Notes under the pieces: generated by a model | The model's input: the letters and a program-made list of their open reading frames with translations, nothing else | Database searches by the model: none | Told to the model about the DNA's origin: nothing | Shown: piece by piece, positions 28,305 to 37,195 of the stretch | Position numbering within the stretch: the first letter of the stretch is position 1 | How the letters are laid out: every line of letters begins with the position of its first letter | Made by a program: the position numbers and the translations under genes | Assembly (NCBI GenBank): GCA_041664365.1 | Contig: JBAYKW010000005.1 | Coordinates: forward strand, 29,204-93,203 | DNA: 64,000 nt | Direction: 5' to 3' | Origin: Patescibacteria group bacterium | Lineage (GTDB): Bacteria > Patescibacteriota > Patescibacteriia > UM-FILTER-42-10

Positions 28305-28577
28305 ATAGAGATAAGCCGTCGCTAAAAATAGCGCCGTCGCATAAATCATCAAAAAGAGACTTATCCCGAAAAAATGCAAATTGCCAATTAAAAACGTAGA
28401 AAAATAAAAGCCGTCTGATTCCAGCGCCGTCGGAAGAAAGTGTGGATAGCTTTCCGCCGTCAAACTGGAATATAACTTTTGCCCTCATGAGGCCTAGAAG
28501 ATGGCTCCTAAGTTCCCTCCCCCACTTTAAAAAGAGGACGCCCAATAATCTTTTTTGGGGGAGGGGCTTGGAAGCCA
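28305..28577 (+). ncRNA. Candidate structured ncRNA with five GCCGUC motifs
   Basis: Promoter TTGACT(28273)-16-TAAAAT; GCCGTC x5; stems GATAAG/CTTATC, ATTCCAG/CTGGAAT, CCCTCCCCCA/TGGGGGAGGG. Confidence 0.5.
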
Positions 28578-28598
28578 ATCAATACAATTAAGCTGGCA

Positions 28599-29384
28599 CT
28601 ATGCCGGTTTTTTTATTAAAAACTGGTAAATTTTTTCCAAAAGCGTATCAGTCACTTCATCCATCAAAGGATCATGATAGGAATCCTTGAGCCAATAAAG
28701 CTCTTTTTCCTTTGATCCCAGCATATTGTAAATCAGTTCAGCGCTCTCAGGTGGTATAACCACATCATCCTGAGAATGAATAATTAAAGTAGGTACTAGC
28801 ACATGCGGTAGTTCGTTTTTCGTGAAATTATTGATAAAATAGATGAAACTCGCATAGCTATCAAGCGGAATCCGGTCGTATGTCCGCTTCATAAATTCGG
28901 TATCTGAACTCATATCCTTAACCCATTCTTTCTTGTAATACTTTTTGAATCTTTTGACATACGGCACAACATAGCGGTTGAGACGGGCCTTTTTTAACAA
29001 AATAGGAGTGCCGATTGTAACAATCTTATCAATCGTATCGGGATAACACCTGGTCAGGTTAAAAGCCAGATTCCCGCCAAAGGAAAGTCCGACAATTGAA
29101 ATGTGTTTGTATTTTTCTCTTACCTGATTAAAAGCCACACGTACTGATTCCTGCCAATCGCGATAATCGGTCTGCGCTAAATTTTCAACATCTGTGCCGT
29201 GACCGGCAAGCCTGACACCATAGGCGTCAATTCCCCTGTCAGCCAGAAAACTACCCAATATCCGCATGCTGAAAGGGTTGCCTGTGAATCCATGTATTAA
29301 CAAAACGGCAGAGTCTCCTCCACCGTTATATTTGAATGCTTTACCGGATTCAATAACTTGATCCTCGTTTTCTACAATTTTCAT
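28599..29384 (-). CDS. Carboxylesterase (alpha/beta hydrolase, Est30/YvaK-like)
   Basis: LLIHGFTG, GLSFGG, DDVVI, His near the C-terminus. Confidence 0.9.
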   Translation of the reverse strand: MKIVENEDQVIESGKAFKYNGGGDSAVLLIHGFTGNPFSMRILGSFLADRGIDAYGVRLAGHGTDVENLAQTDYRDWQESVRVAFNQVREKYKHISIVGLSFGGNLAFNLTRCYPDTIDKIVTIGTPILLKKARLNRYVVPYVKRFKKYYKKEWVKDMSSDTEFMKRTYDRIPLDSYASFIYFINNFTKNELPHVLVPTLIIHSQDDVVIPPESAELIYNMLGSKEKELYWLKDSYHDPLMDEVTDTLLEKIYQFLIKKPA

Positions 29385-29447
29385 GAATGTATTAGTTGAC
29401 CTTCAGTTTTGTTTTCTGTATAGTAATAGACGCGACCTGTCTATTTC

Positions 29448-29523
29448 GCCACCTTAGCTCAGCTGGTAGAGCAATACTTTCGTAAAGTAGAGGTCGTCGG
29501 TTCGATTCCGACAGGTGGCTCCA
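29448..29523 (+). tRNA. tRNA-Thr(CGT)
   Basis: Cloverleaf; loop TTCGTAA; encoded CCA; hairpin ATCCCTC/GAGGGAT downstream. Confidence 0.95.
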
Positions 29524-29545
29524 TAATCCCTCTTAATGAGGGATT

Positions 29546-30670
29546 TTATATTTTTACCAAACGATAGATCTTTGCTTTAGCAACTTCACCGGTTAGCCAG
29601 TCGTCAATCGACGGGAAACGTACCAGGATGTGACTTGCTTTTACCACCTCTTTAGCCTCGTCGCCTTCACCCTGCATAACCTTTTCATCAACTTTGATAA
29701 TGTGATAACCAAACTGAGTCTTAACAATCTCACTCACCCCGCCGGCCTCCAGTGCGAAGGCTGCGTCTTCAAATTCCGTCACCATTTCTCCTCTGCCAAA
29801 ATATCCGAGCTCCCCGCCGTTTTCTGCAGTAGTATCATCGCTATATTGCTTTGCAGCATCGGCAAAAGTTATTTCTCCGCTTTTTATCTTAGCTAATGCT
29901 TCTTCCGCCCTTGCTTTCGGTTCTGCAATGACTGAGGCATCTTCAGTTATTTTCGTTTCCAATTTACTGCGAAGTAAAAATTTGTACAGTACTTTGTCCT
30001 TAAACTGTTCAGGTGTCCATCCATAAAGATCCAAAATCGTTTTTTCTACCTCTTCTTTTGATGCTGCCTGGCTGACTATCAGATCAAATTCACTGTTTAC
30101 TTCTTCCTGCGTAACTGAGACCCCTTTTTGAACCGCTATTTGTGACGCTAATTCATCCTCAATTAAACGGTCCATTACATTTTTCCTTACTTCATCGACA
30201 GTGAAATCAACTGCCTGATCCGGATACAATTCCTTCTGTTTTCCGTAAAAGAATTGAAGCGCTTCAACATCCGATTGAAAATCAGAATATTTTACGATCT
30301 TGTTATTGACCAGAGCTGCCGGATAGGGCAGTGTATTTGTGATTGACTCCGTAAACTGGTTATTCCATTTGTACTTATAAACGCCAATTCCCACTGTCGC
30401 TAATCCACCTAAGATAACAACTAGAATTATAATAACAGAAAGGATAATAGCCTTTTTATGCTTCTTTTTCTTGGGTTTCAATTTTCCATCATCAACAGTC
30501 AGTTTCTTTTCTTGATCAGTGTTTACCGAAACCGGCTTCTCTTCGACAGCTTTTGTTGCAGGTTTTTTTATAATCTTTTTTTCCGGATTTTTTAGCACTT
30601 CCTCGGAATCTGACTTTTCAACTGCTTTAATATTTTCCGTTTTCTTATTTTGCGATGTCTTATTAGGCAT
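29546..30670 (-). CDS. Parvulin-type PPIase/foldase (PrsA/SurA-like)
   Basis: FADAAKQYSDD, GGELG, FEDAAF, TQFGYHII. Confidence 0.9.
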   Translation of the reverse strand: MPNKTSQNKKTENIKAVEKSDSEEVLKNPEKKIIKKPATKAVEEKPVSVNTDQEKKLTVDDGKLKPKKKKHKKAIILSVIIILVVILGGLATVGIGVYKYKWNNQFTESITNTLPYPAALVNNKIVKYSDFQSDVEALQFFYGKQKELYPDQAVDFTVDEVRKNVMDRLIEDELASQIAVQKGVSVTQEEVNSEFDLIVSQAASKEEVEKTILDLYGWTPEQFKDKVLYKFLLRSKLETKITEDASVIAEPKARAEEALAKIKSGEITFADAAKQYSDDTTAENGGELGYFGRGEMVTEFEDAAFALEAGGVSEIVKTQFGYHIIKVDEKVMQGEGDEAKEVVKASHILVRFPSIDDWLTGEVAKAKIYRLVKI

Positions 30671-30687
30671 TATTTTATTTTACTTAA

Positions 30688-31095
30688 TTATTGATTAAAA
30701 AAATATGCTACCCAGCGTTCAGGATTAGATAATTCCTCTACGTTTTCTGGAGCTCCCACTAATTCAGTTGCATTATCTTCTGCAACCGTTACATCAGGAA
30801 TGACTACTACCTTTTCCCCTGCTTTTGCCATCCCGAGCTTAGTGCGAGCTTCTTTTTCCTTAAAACTGTCTGTATTTAAATATTCTATTAGTTCGGATAA
30901 TTCAGTATTCTGTTTTTCTAGTTCGGCCACATCTTTTTCGAGCGTTTGGATATCTTTATTCACCTCGTAGCGTCTGATTACTTCTTTACCCAGCGATACA
31001 GAGAACAATACTAGCACGGCAATCCCAACTATTAGAAATAAGCGGGATGGTAGAAATCTTTTTAGATTATTTTTCTTGCTCACCCTCTGTCTCAT
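30688..31095 (-). CDS. Septum formation initiator (FtsB/DivIC-like)
   Basis: TM segment, coiled coil, EKEARTKLGMAKAGE. Confidence 0.85.
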   Translation of the reverse strand: MRQRVSKKNNLKRFLPSRLFLIVGIAVLVLFSVSLGKEVIRRYEVNKDIQTLEKDVAELEKQNTELSELIEYLNTDSFKEKEARTKLGMAKAGEKVVVIPDVTVAEDNATELVGAPENVEELSNPERWVAYFFNQ

Positions 31096-31732
31096 TTTGT
31101 TCTTCTGCTGTTAAAGAATTATTGTCCTGCGATTTGATGAACCTGTTAAATCTTTCTTTTCCGAGTTTTTCCTTGGTCTGCTCCAGAATATCTATCAGCT
31201 CAGCTGCCGACATTTCTTCTTTACCAACCCTTTCTTTTTGCAGCGATTCTTTCTGAATTTCCATGATTATGTCCTGGATTTTCTCCGGTTCGAACACATT
31301 ACGAATTTCCAGGTTCGCATTAGCTCCTGCAGTCTGAATCACAATAGTACCATAATTGAAAATCGTTGAAAAGACACCCTTTTTATTAAAGCTAATATCC
31401 TGAATTTTGTCATATGTTGCAACTGAAACCGTCTTATTAAAAAGACCCCGCTGGTCAAAATCGATGATTCGTTTATTCGTTATTAAAAAGGCATTGAAAT
31501 ACCAAATAATCACTGCTCGCACGGTAATGACAATTGCAACTGTTAACAGGATAAAAAATCCGATTACACCCCAAAATCCACGCTGAAACAAGGGAAAAAG
31601 AAAAAAGAACGGCAGAATTAACAATAGGATAATGATAATTATTTGAAACAAATGACTCAAAGCATATGCCCGGACTATTTTTACGGTTTCTTCCCCTTCT
31701 TTGAGATGTTTGGTAAAATATTCTTTAGACAT
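31067..31732 (-). CDS. Membrane protein with bacterial PH (bPH_2) domain
   Basis: ITNKRIIDFDQRGLF, KIQDI, FNYGTIVIQTAG. Confidence 0.85.
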   Translation of the reverse strand: MSKEYFTKHLKEGEETVKIVRAYALSHLFQIIIIILLLILPFFFLFPLFQRGFWGVIGFFILLTVAIVITVRAVIIWYFNAFLITNKRIIDFDQRGLFNKTVSVATYDKIQDISFNKKGVFSTIFNYGTIVIQTAGANANLEIRNVFEPEKIQDIIMEIQKESLQKERVGKEEMSAAELIDILEQTKEKLGKERFNRFIKSQDNNSLTAEEQNETEGEQEK

Positions 31733-31754
31733 ACAATAAACTAATAAACAAGTT

Positions 31755-31859
31755 ATGACCAAAAAGCAAAAGAAGCTCTATCAACTAATTTGGACGGTTA
31801 TTTCAATAATTGCCGGACTCGGAATGATCTTCTTTTTGGTTTACCCGGCTTTCATGTAA
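31755..31859 (+). CDS. 34-aa single-TM small protein (DUF4044-like), absent from the ORF track
   Basis: MTKKQKKLYQLIWTVISIIAGLGMIFFLVYPAFM fills the gap between the PH gene and lepA. Confidence 0.6.
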   Translation: MTKKQKKLYQLIWTVISIIAGLGMIFFLVYPAFM

Positions 31860-31860
31860 A

Positions 31861-33693
31861 CTATTTTCCTTTCAATACCGACAGATACACTTTTGAAGGA
31901 ATATCAACTTTGCCGAAAGAACGCATTTTCTTCTTTCCTTTCTTCTGTTTTTCCAGAAGCTTTCTTTTTCTGGTGACATCTCCACCGTACAGCTTCGCCG
32001 TAACGTCTTTTCGGAGCGGTGATATTCTTTCAGAGGCAATGACTTTTCCACCAGCTATGTGAGTACCCTTCTGTTTTTGATATCCCAGCACTCCCTGAAT
32101 CCGGATTTCGATCAGTTGTTTCGGAATAGCATCCTTTAAAGTACTGACTACCCGGCGGGCTGTTACATGCGAGGAATCCTCATAAACAAAGGTTGCCAGT
32201 GCCTCAACCACATCCCCATTTACCACGATATCCAGTCTGCGGATTTTAGCCTCGTGATAACCAAAAAACTCATAATTCATCGAAGCATAACCTTGGGTTA
32301 CGCTTTTTAGTTTATCATAAAAATCAACAATCAGTGAAGTAAGGGGCATTTCAAAATGCAGAATAATCCTTTCCATCTCCAGATACTCAGTAGTTTCATA
32401 TGTCCCCCTTTTAGCTAAAACTAAATCCATTAAAGCACCCTGGTATTTCGCCGGAGTAACCAAATCCACTTTCATCCATGGTTCTTCAATCTGAAGGATT
32501 GTTTCCTCGTCCGGAAAATCTGCCGGACTGGTGATTGTAACTTTTTCATTGCTTTTTAAAGTAACATGATAGGCGACGGATGGGACGGATACGATTATTT
32601 CCAACCCGTATTCTCTGTTCAGTCTCTCTTGAATGATATCTAAATGCAGAATTCCTAAAAACCCGCAGCGGAATCCCAAGCCCAGTCCCGTTGATTTCTC
32701 CGGTACATAATCAAAAGCGGAATCGCTGAGATGCAGTTTTTCTAGTGCCTCCCTTAGTTTTCCGGAATCATCGCCCTCTTTAGGAAAGAAACCCGCATAG
32801 ACCATCGGTTTCACCTCTTTATAGCCCGGCAGCGGCTCCAGGTCCGGTTCATGATCCAGAAGCATGATCGTATCGCCTACCCGGCAGTCCTTGACTGTTT
32901 TAAGTCCGGTGACGACATATCCGATTTCCCCGGCAGAAAGAGATTCTTTGGAATTTAAATCAGGTCTTAGAACCCCGATATCCAGTGTTGCACCTTTTTT
33001 TCCGGTTGCCGGTAAATATATTTCGTCGCCTTTTTTCAGGGTGCCGTCAACAATCCTGATCAATGAAACTACACCCTGATACTCGTCATAGTATGAATCA
33101 AAAATAAGGGCGCGCAGAGAATCCAACTTGCTCTCTGCCGGCTCCGGAATAACTTCGATAATTCTTTTCAAAATTTCCGGAACCCCTACTCCGGTTTTCG
33201 CCGATGCTAGGATTATTTCCGCCGGATCAATACCTAGTAAATGGGATAATTCTTTTGATACTCTGTCAATGTCGGCATTCGGCAAATCTATTTTATTGAT
33301 GATCGGGATAATCGTCAGGTCCTGGTCAATCGCCTGATACAAATTGGCTAGCGTCTGTGCTTCAATCCCCTGCGTCGCATCCACCAAAAGAAGTGCCCCC
33401 TCAACGGCGGATAGTGACCGGGAAACCTCATACCCGAAGTCCACATGACCGGGTGTATCAATCAGATTTAAAATGTATTCTTTCTGATTAAACTGATAAT
33501 CCATCCTAACCGGCTGTAATTTGATGGTGATACCACGCTCCCTTTCCAGATCCATCCGGTCTAAAAGCTGCTCCTTCATTTTCCTCTTTTCCACTGTACC
33601 AGTAAATTCCAAGAGACGGTCAGCTAAAGTAGATTTACCATGGTCAATGTGAGCAATGATACAGAAATTTCTGATATTTGTTTTTTCAGTCAT
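31861..33693 (-). CDS. lepA: Elongation factor 4
   Basis: AHIDHGKSTLADR, DTPGHVDF, RKDVTAKLYGGDVTRKRKLLEKQK. Confidence 0.97.
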   Translation of the reverse strand: MTEKTNIRNFCIIAHIDHGKSTLADRLLEFTGTVEKRKMKEQLLDRMDLERERGITIKLQPVRMDYQFNQKEYILNLIDTPGHVDFGYEVSRSLSAVEGALLLVDATQGIEAQTLANLYQAIDQDLTIIPIINKIDLPNADIDRVSKELSHLLGIDPAEIILASAKTGVGVPEILKRIIEVIPEPAESKLDSLRALIFDSYYDEYQGVVSLIRIVDGTLKKGDEIYLPATGKKGATLDIGVLRPDLNSKESLSAGEIGYVVTGLKTVKDCRVGDTIMLLDHEPDLEPLPGYKEVKPMVYAGFFPKEGDDSGKLREALEKLHLSDSAFDYVPEKSTGLGLGFRCGFLGILHLDIIQERLNREYGLEIIVSVPSVAYHVTLKSNEKVTITSPADFPDEETILQIEEPWMKVDLVTPAKYQGALMDLVLAKRGTYETTEYLEMERIILHFEMPLTSLIVDFYDKLKSVTQGYASMNYEFFGYHEAKIRRLDIVVNGDVVEALATFVYEDSSHVTARRVVSTLKDAIPKQLIEIRIQGVLGYQKQKGTHIAGGKVIASERISPLRKDVTAKLYGGDVTRKRKLLEKQKKGKKKMRSFGKVDIPSKVYLSVLKGK

Positions 33694-35300
33694 TATTTGC
33701 GTAAATTAGCGAACTGATTTTTTGCTTTTTGCAAAAACTTTTTAATAATATCAACTTCATCAAAATTAAGCTTCACCGCAAGCAGTACATACACCAGACC
33801 ACCGCCCACCAAACTGCCCGCTGTTTGGACCAGCACACCGAAAAAAGTCTGCATATCAACTAACGGTCCAATTACATACTTAAGTCCTTGAATCATCAAG
33901 CCCATAAGTAAAGATAGCAGTATAATTTTTAAAGTAGAATTAATAATCCGCTGGTCATCCAAGTCCCCTAATCTAGTACGCAGAGCGGCCAATAATAATA
34001 TCATATTAACAAAGCTTGCGATAGAAAAAGCCAAAGCGAGCCCTAAAACACCCATCGGTTGTACAAGCAGTATGGAACCGATGATATTAATAATCATAGA
34101 GATTACGCTGATAATAACCGGAGTTTTGGTGTTTTGAAAAGCATAAAAAGAACGTGCCAGCATCGGTATCAGACTCTGGGCGAACAGTGATAGTGAAAAT
34201 AATCCTAAAGCTTGAGCAGTCAGAATAGTATCATTCCAGTCAAAGTTGCCGGATCCCAACACCAGACGGACTATCTGGGCGCGCAACAGTAGAATTACAA
34301 TACTGGTCGGGATAATAATAAATAGAATTCTTCGAAAAGTCTGTGAAAAATGTAATACAAATTTCGAGGTATTGTTCTCGGTAAATGCCTGGGTAAATAC
34401 CGGAAAAGCGGAAAGCGCCAGCGATACTCCGAATACGCTGATCGGAAAATACTGCAAATTGTTCGCCAGATTGAAAACCGCAACACTCCCGACAACCAAG
34501 GTAGAAGCAATGGAAGTAATGACAACCTGGTTCAGCTGAGTAACACCCAAACCAAATGCGCGCGGTAAAACCAATTTGCCGATTTTTTTGACACCAGGTA
34601 GTGAAAAACTCATCACCATTCTGTATTTAAATCCTGACTTGTAAACTGAAGGAAGCTGAACCAGAAGATGCAGAAAAGCGCCGAGAATTACTCCATAAGC
34701 CAGTCCCATAATCCCGTACTCGGGTACAAAAAAAACGATGCCGAAAATTATTCCCAGATTATACATGATCGGCGCCAACGAATAAGCAACAAATCTTCTG
34801 AAAGAATGCAGTACTCCTGAAACAATATTACTTGCCCCGAAGAAAAGAACGCTGACGTACATAACTCTCACCAATTCTCCGGTTATCCTTCTTTTTTCCG
34901 CATCAAATCCGTATGCGATCAAAGAAACCAGTTGGTCCGTAAACAAGAAAACAAACACACCGATAATCAACAAAATAAGTGTAATTATGTTTAACAGCGA
35001 ATTTGCGATTTTGAAACTCTCAAAACTGGAATTTTTTTGCTCCTTATCCTTATTCCAATATTCGATGAATACGGGAATAAATGCGGACGATAATGCGCCC
35101 AGTACAATTATATTGAAAACGAAGTCCGGAATTTTGAATGCGGCATAATAAATATCCAAAGTTTCACCCGCGCCAAAAGTTGAAGCCAGCATCCTTTCCC
35201 GAAGCAAACCCAAAATACGACTGACAACTTGTGCCAGCCCTATAATAATTGCACCACCCATGATGGTGGTCTGAAATTTCTTGAAATCTTCACTTTTCAT
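33693..35300 (-). CDS. murJ: Lipid II flippase MurJ
   Basis: SRILGLLRE, AFKIPD, SSAFIPVF, FYAFQNTKTP. Confidence 0.93.
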   Translation of the reverse strand: MKSEDFKKFQTTIMGGAIIIGLAQVVSRILGLLRERMLASTFGAGETLDIYYAAFKIPDFVFNIIVLGALSSAFIPVFIEYWNKDKEQKNSSFESFKIANSLLNIITLILLIIGVFVFLFTDQLVSLIAYGFDAEKRRITGELVRVMYVSVLFFGASNIVSGVLHSFRRFVAYSLAPIMYNLGIIFGIVFFVPEYGIMGLAYGVILGAFLHLLVQLPSVYKSGFKYRMVMSFSLPGVKKIGKLVLPRAFGLGVTQLNQVVITSIASTLVVGSVAVFNLANNLQYFPISVFGVSLALSAFPVFTQAFTENNTSKFVLHFSQTFRRILFIIIPTSIVILLLRAQIVRLVLGSGNFDWNDTILTAQALGLFSLSLFAQSLIPMLARSFYAFQNTKTPVIISVISMIINIIGSILLVQPMGVLGLALAFSIASFVNMILLLAALRTRLGDLDDQRIINSTLKIILLSLLMGLMIQGLKYVIGPLVDMQTFFGVLVQTAGSLVGGGLVYVLLAVKLNFDEVDIIKKFLQKAKNQFANLRK

Positions 35301-35564
35301 ACGAACATAGTTTATAACATAATATCATGAATTATTCAATTAATAAAGCCACTCCGTATTATTTTTTAGGTTAGGGTTCAGTCCTCCCGAAAACCCTTAA
35401 TTTTGTAATCATTACTTCATCTTATCTCGCACGTTTTCCTGTTCATTTAGTCTAGATTCCGGAATGACACAAGGCTATAAACATGTCTTTCGAGCGAAGC
35501 CGAGAAATTTTTAGACCTCTCCGCTTCTACTTAAGAATCCATTATTAATAAAGTAAAAGTCATA

Positions 35565-35593
35565 ACAAAAATCCGTTCAGTGTTGAACGGACT
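35565..35593 (-). terminator. Intrinsic terminator ending the 37.1-35.6 kb unit
   Basis: Minus strand GTCCGTTCA-ACAC-TGAACGGA-TTTTT. Confidence 0.7.
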
Positions 35594-35596
35594 TAT

Positions 35597-36175
35597 GTTT
35601 CGAAGCAATATTCTGCTGAAATGGGTCATGTAGGTAATACGAGCTTAAGTTTGAAGTATAGGTCTTTAGCAAAACCTATGAGGAGAGAGTTTTTCATTCT
35701 TGAGTTCGATCTATATGTTTAATCCCAAGTTCAGCAGAATAATGCCTCCAAATTATTGCATAATTTATAAGAACGGAATTGGAGCGAATATGTAAAGAGC
35801 AATTAAAATTTTTCGCTCCAAATCCAGACTCACAAACATTTTTAGGGAGAAAGCTGAAGACGAATTGCAGGCCTTCAGTATTGCCAAATCCGCCTCCAAT
35901 TTTCTCCCTGAAATTTGCGTGCTCAGAAATCTGGAGGAGAACCTGTCCCGGATTTGTGATCTCGCTTGGAGATCTACCCGGGACGTGGAACATTCCGTTC
36001 AGGTAATTTCTAGCGTGAGCCAGATATTTCCTGGGATACATTCCTTTGTTCGCCCCTCCATATTTCTAAGCACTTTTTGTTAATGTCCCCTTATTCAGCA
36101 AACATTGACATAAGCCAATATTCGCTGGAGAAGGGGTACGAGAGAGCAGTAACGGGGGCTACTGCTCTCTCGCCC
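35597..36175 (-). ncRNA. Highly structured 3' region (stem modules M4-M7) of the modular transcript
   Basis: Inverted repeats at 35597/35753, 35775/35825, 35839/35913, 35919/36073, 36087/36136, 36139/36172. Confidence 0.55.
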
Positions 36176-36190
36176 GTCGCTGAGCGCCTA

Positions 36191-36604
36191 CTAGGCGCTG
36201 CGACGAATCGCGTGATCGATCGGCATGAGCTGCCGCTTCTTGGGATGGAACTCCCGCCGAATCGGGGGCTTGCTCGCCACCTTGCGGTGCGAACAGCTAC
36301 CACTCGACTTCGGGACATGCACCGGGATGAAGATGTGACCGACGTTACCGCCGGTGTCGTCATCACGGGAAAGCCCGCACGAGACCACCGTGTTGCGGAG
36401 GTCAACGGGTTCGAGCGTGGGCACGACGGTGGCAGCGGGATGATATCCCTCCACCAGCGCTTCTTCCCGAGCCTCGTGGTCCAGGATGCGCGTGAACACT
36501 TCGTGATGGGATGGTTCCTCCCAGCGTGAAGTGTGGTCACCGCCGAACCGGTTCTTGATCCGCTTGACCTTGCCACCGTTGTCCTGCTTGAAGACCTTCT
36601 TCAT
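36191..36604 (-). CDS. Orphan His/Arg-rich 137-aa protein, GC-rich
   Basis: SD AAGGAG before ATG 36604; C/G-ending codons; no recognisable domain. Confidence 0.55.
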   Translation of the reverse strand: MKKVFKQDNGGKVKRIKNRFGGDHTSRWEEPSHHEVFTRILDHEAREEALVEGYHPAATVVPTLEPVDLRNTVVSCGLSRDDDTGGNVGHIFIPVHVPKSSGSCSHRKVASKPPIRREFHPKKRQLMPIDHAIRRSA

Positions 36605-36665
36605 GATCGCCTGCTCCTTCTTGCGATTGAACGTTATGGTGCGACCGATACGATGCGATTCTATT

Positions 36666-37092
36666 GTTGTCAGGGCAGAATTGGAGGTGAGTTTCCTGTC
36701 TTGCGACAAGTTACTATTTGCATAAGTTTATGACCTATAAATAGATCTACTTATGCGGGAAACATTCCATCAGGATGCTTCTAGCCGAGGCCAGTAGCGT
36801 CCTGGGATAAGTTTCGTACTCTCTCCTCCAAATCTGCCCTGATAATGAATTTAATGTGCAATCCCTGTGATATTAGTTACAAGGGATTTGGAGGAAAGAG
36901 AGACCTTAGGTTATATTTTTAAAACGGTCTCCTGTCAGCAGGTTTTCAGATCTATGTCTGATCACCCACTCCTCCAAATCTCTTGTTCCAATATGGACAA
37001 AAAAATGGACGGCATTATTCGTTGAAGAGAGTTCTTCCACTAAAACCACCCATAAGTATTGCTAAAGTTATTTCTGATTTCTCTCTCCTCAA
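36666..37092 (-). ncRNA. Highly structured 5' region (stem modules M1-M3) of the modular transcript
   Basis: Inverted repeats at 36666/36846, 36880/36985, 37022/37092; GCAA tetraloop hairpin on the minus strand. Confidence 0.55.
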
Positions 37093-37119
37093 TTGTCAAA
37101 GAATTTGATTTAACTAACC

Positions 37120-37148
37120 AGTATATACCCAAATTAAAAATCTGTCAA
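37120..37148 (-). promoter_or_regulatory. Near-consensus sigma70 promoter
   Basis: TTGACA(37148)-17-TATACT. Confidence 0.75.
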
Positions 37149-37195
37149 GACCCGAAGGGCTTAACAGACTATATTTTGGCTAATTACAGATAAAT

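Noticed and set aside
28294-28578. 94-aa minus-strand ORF, or tmRNA/SRP RNA
   Set aside because: TTG start and non-protein-like composition; no tRNA-like ends or SRP helix-8 motif recognised.
35694-36083. Short ORFs in the structured region (35694..36041, 35779..36006, 35865..36083)
   Set aside because: No SD or domain features; the sequence is explained by inverted repeats.
36771-36806. GGCCAGTAGCGT resembling the riboswitch 3' motif
   Set aside because: Lacks the following AACCGA and the kink-turn; it is part of a simple hairpin in module M3.
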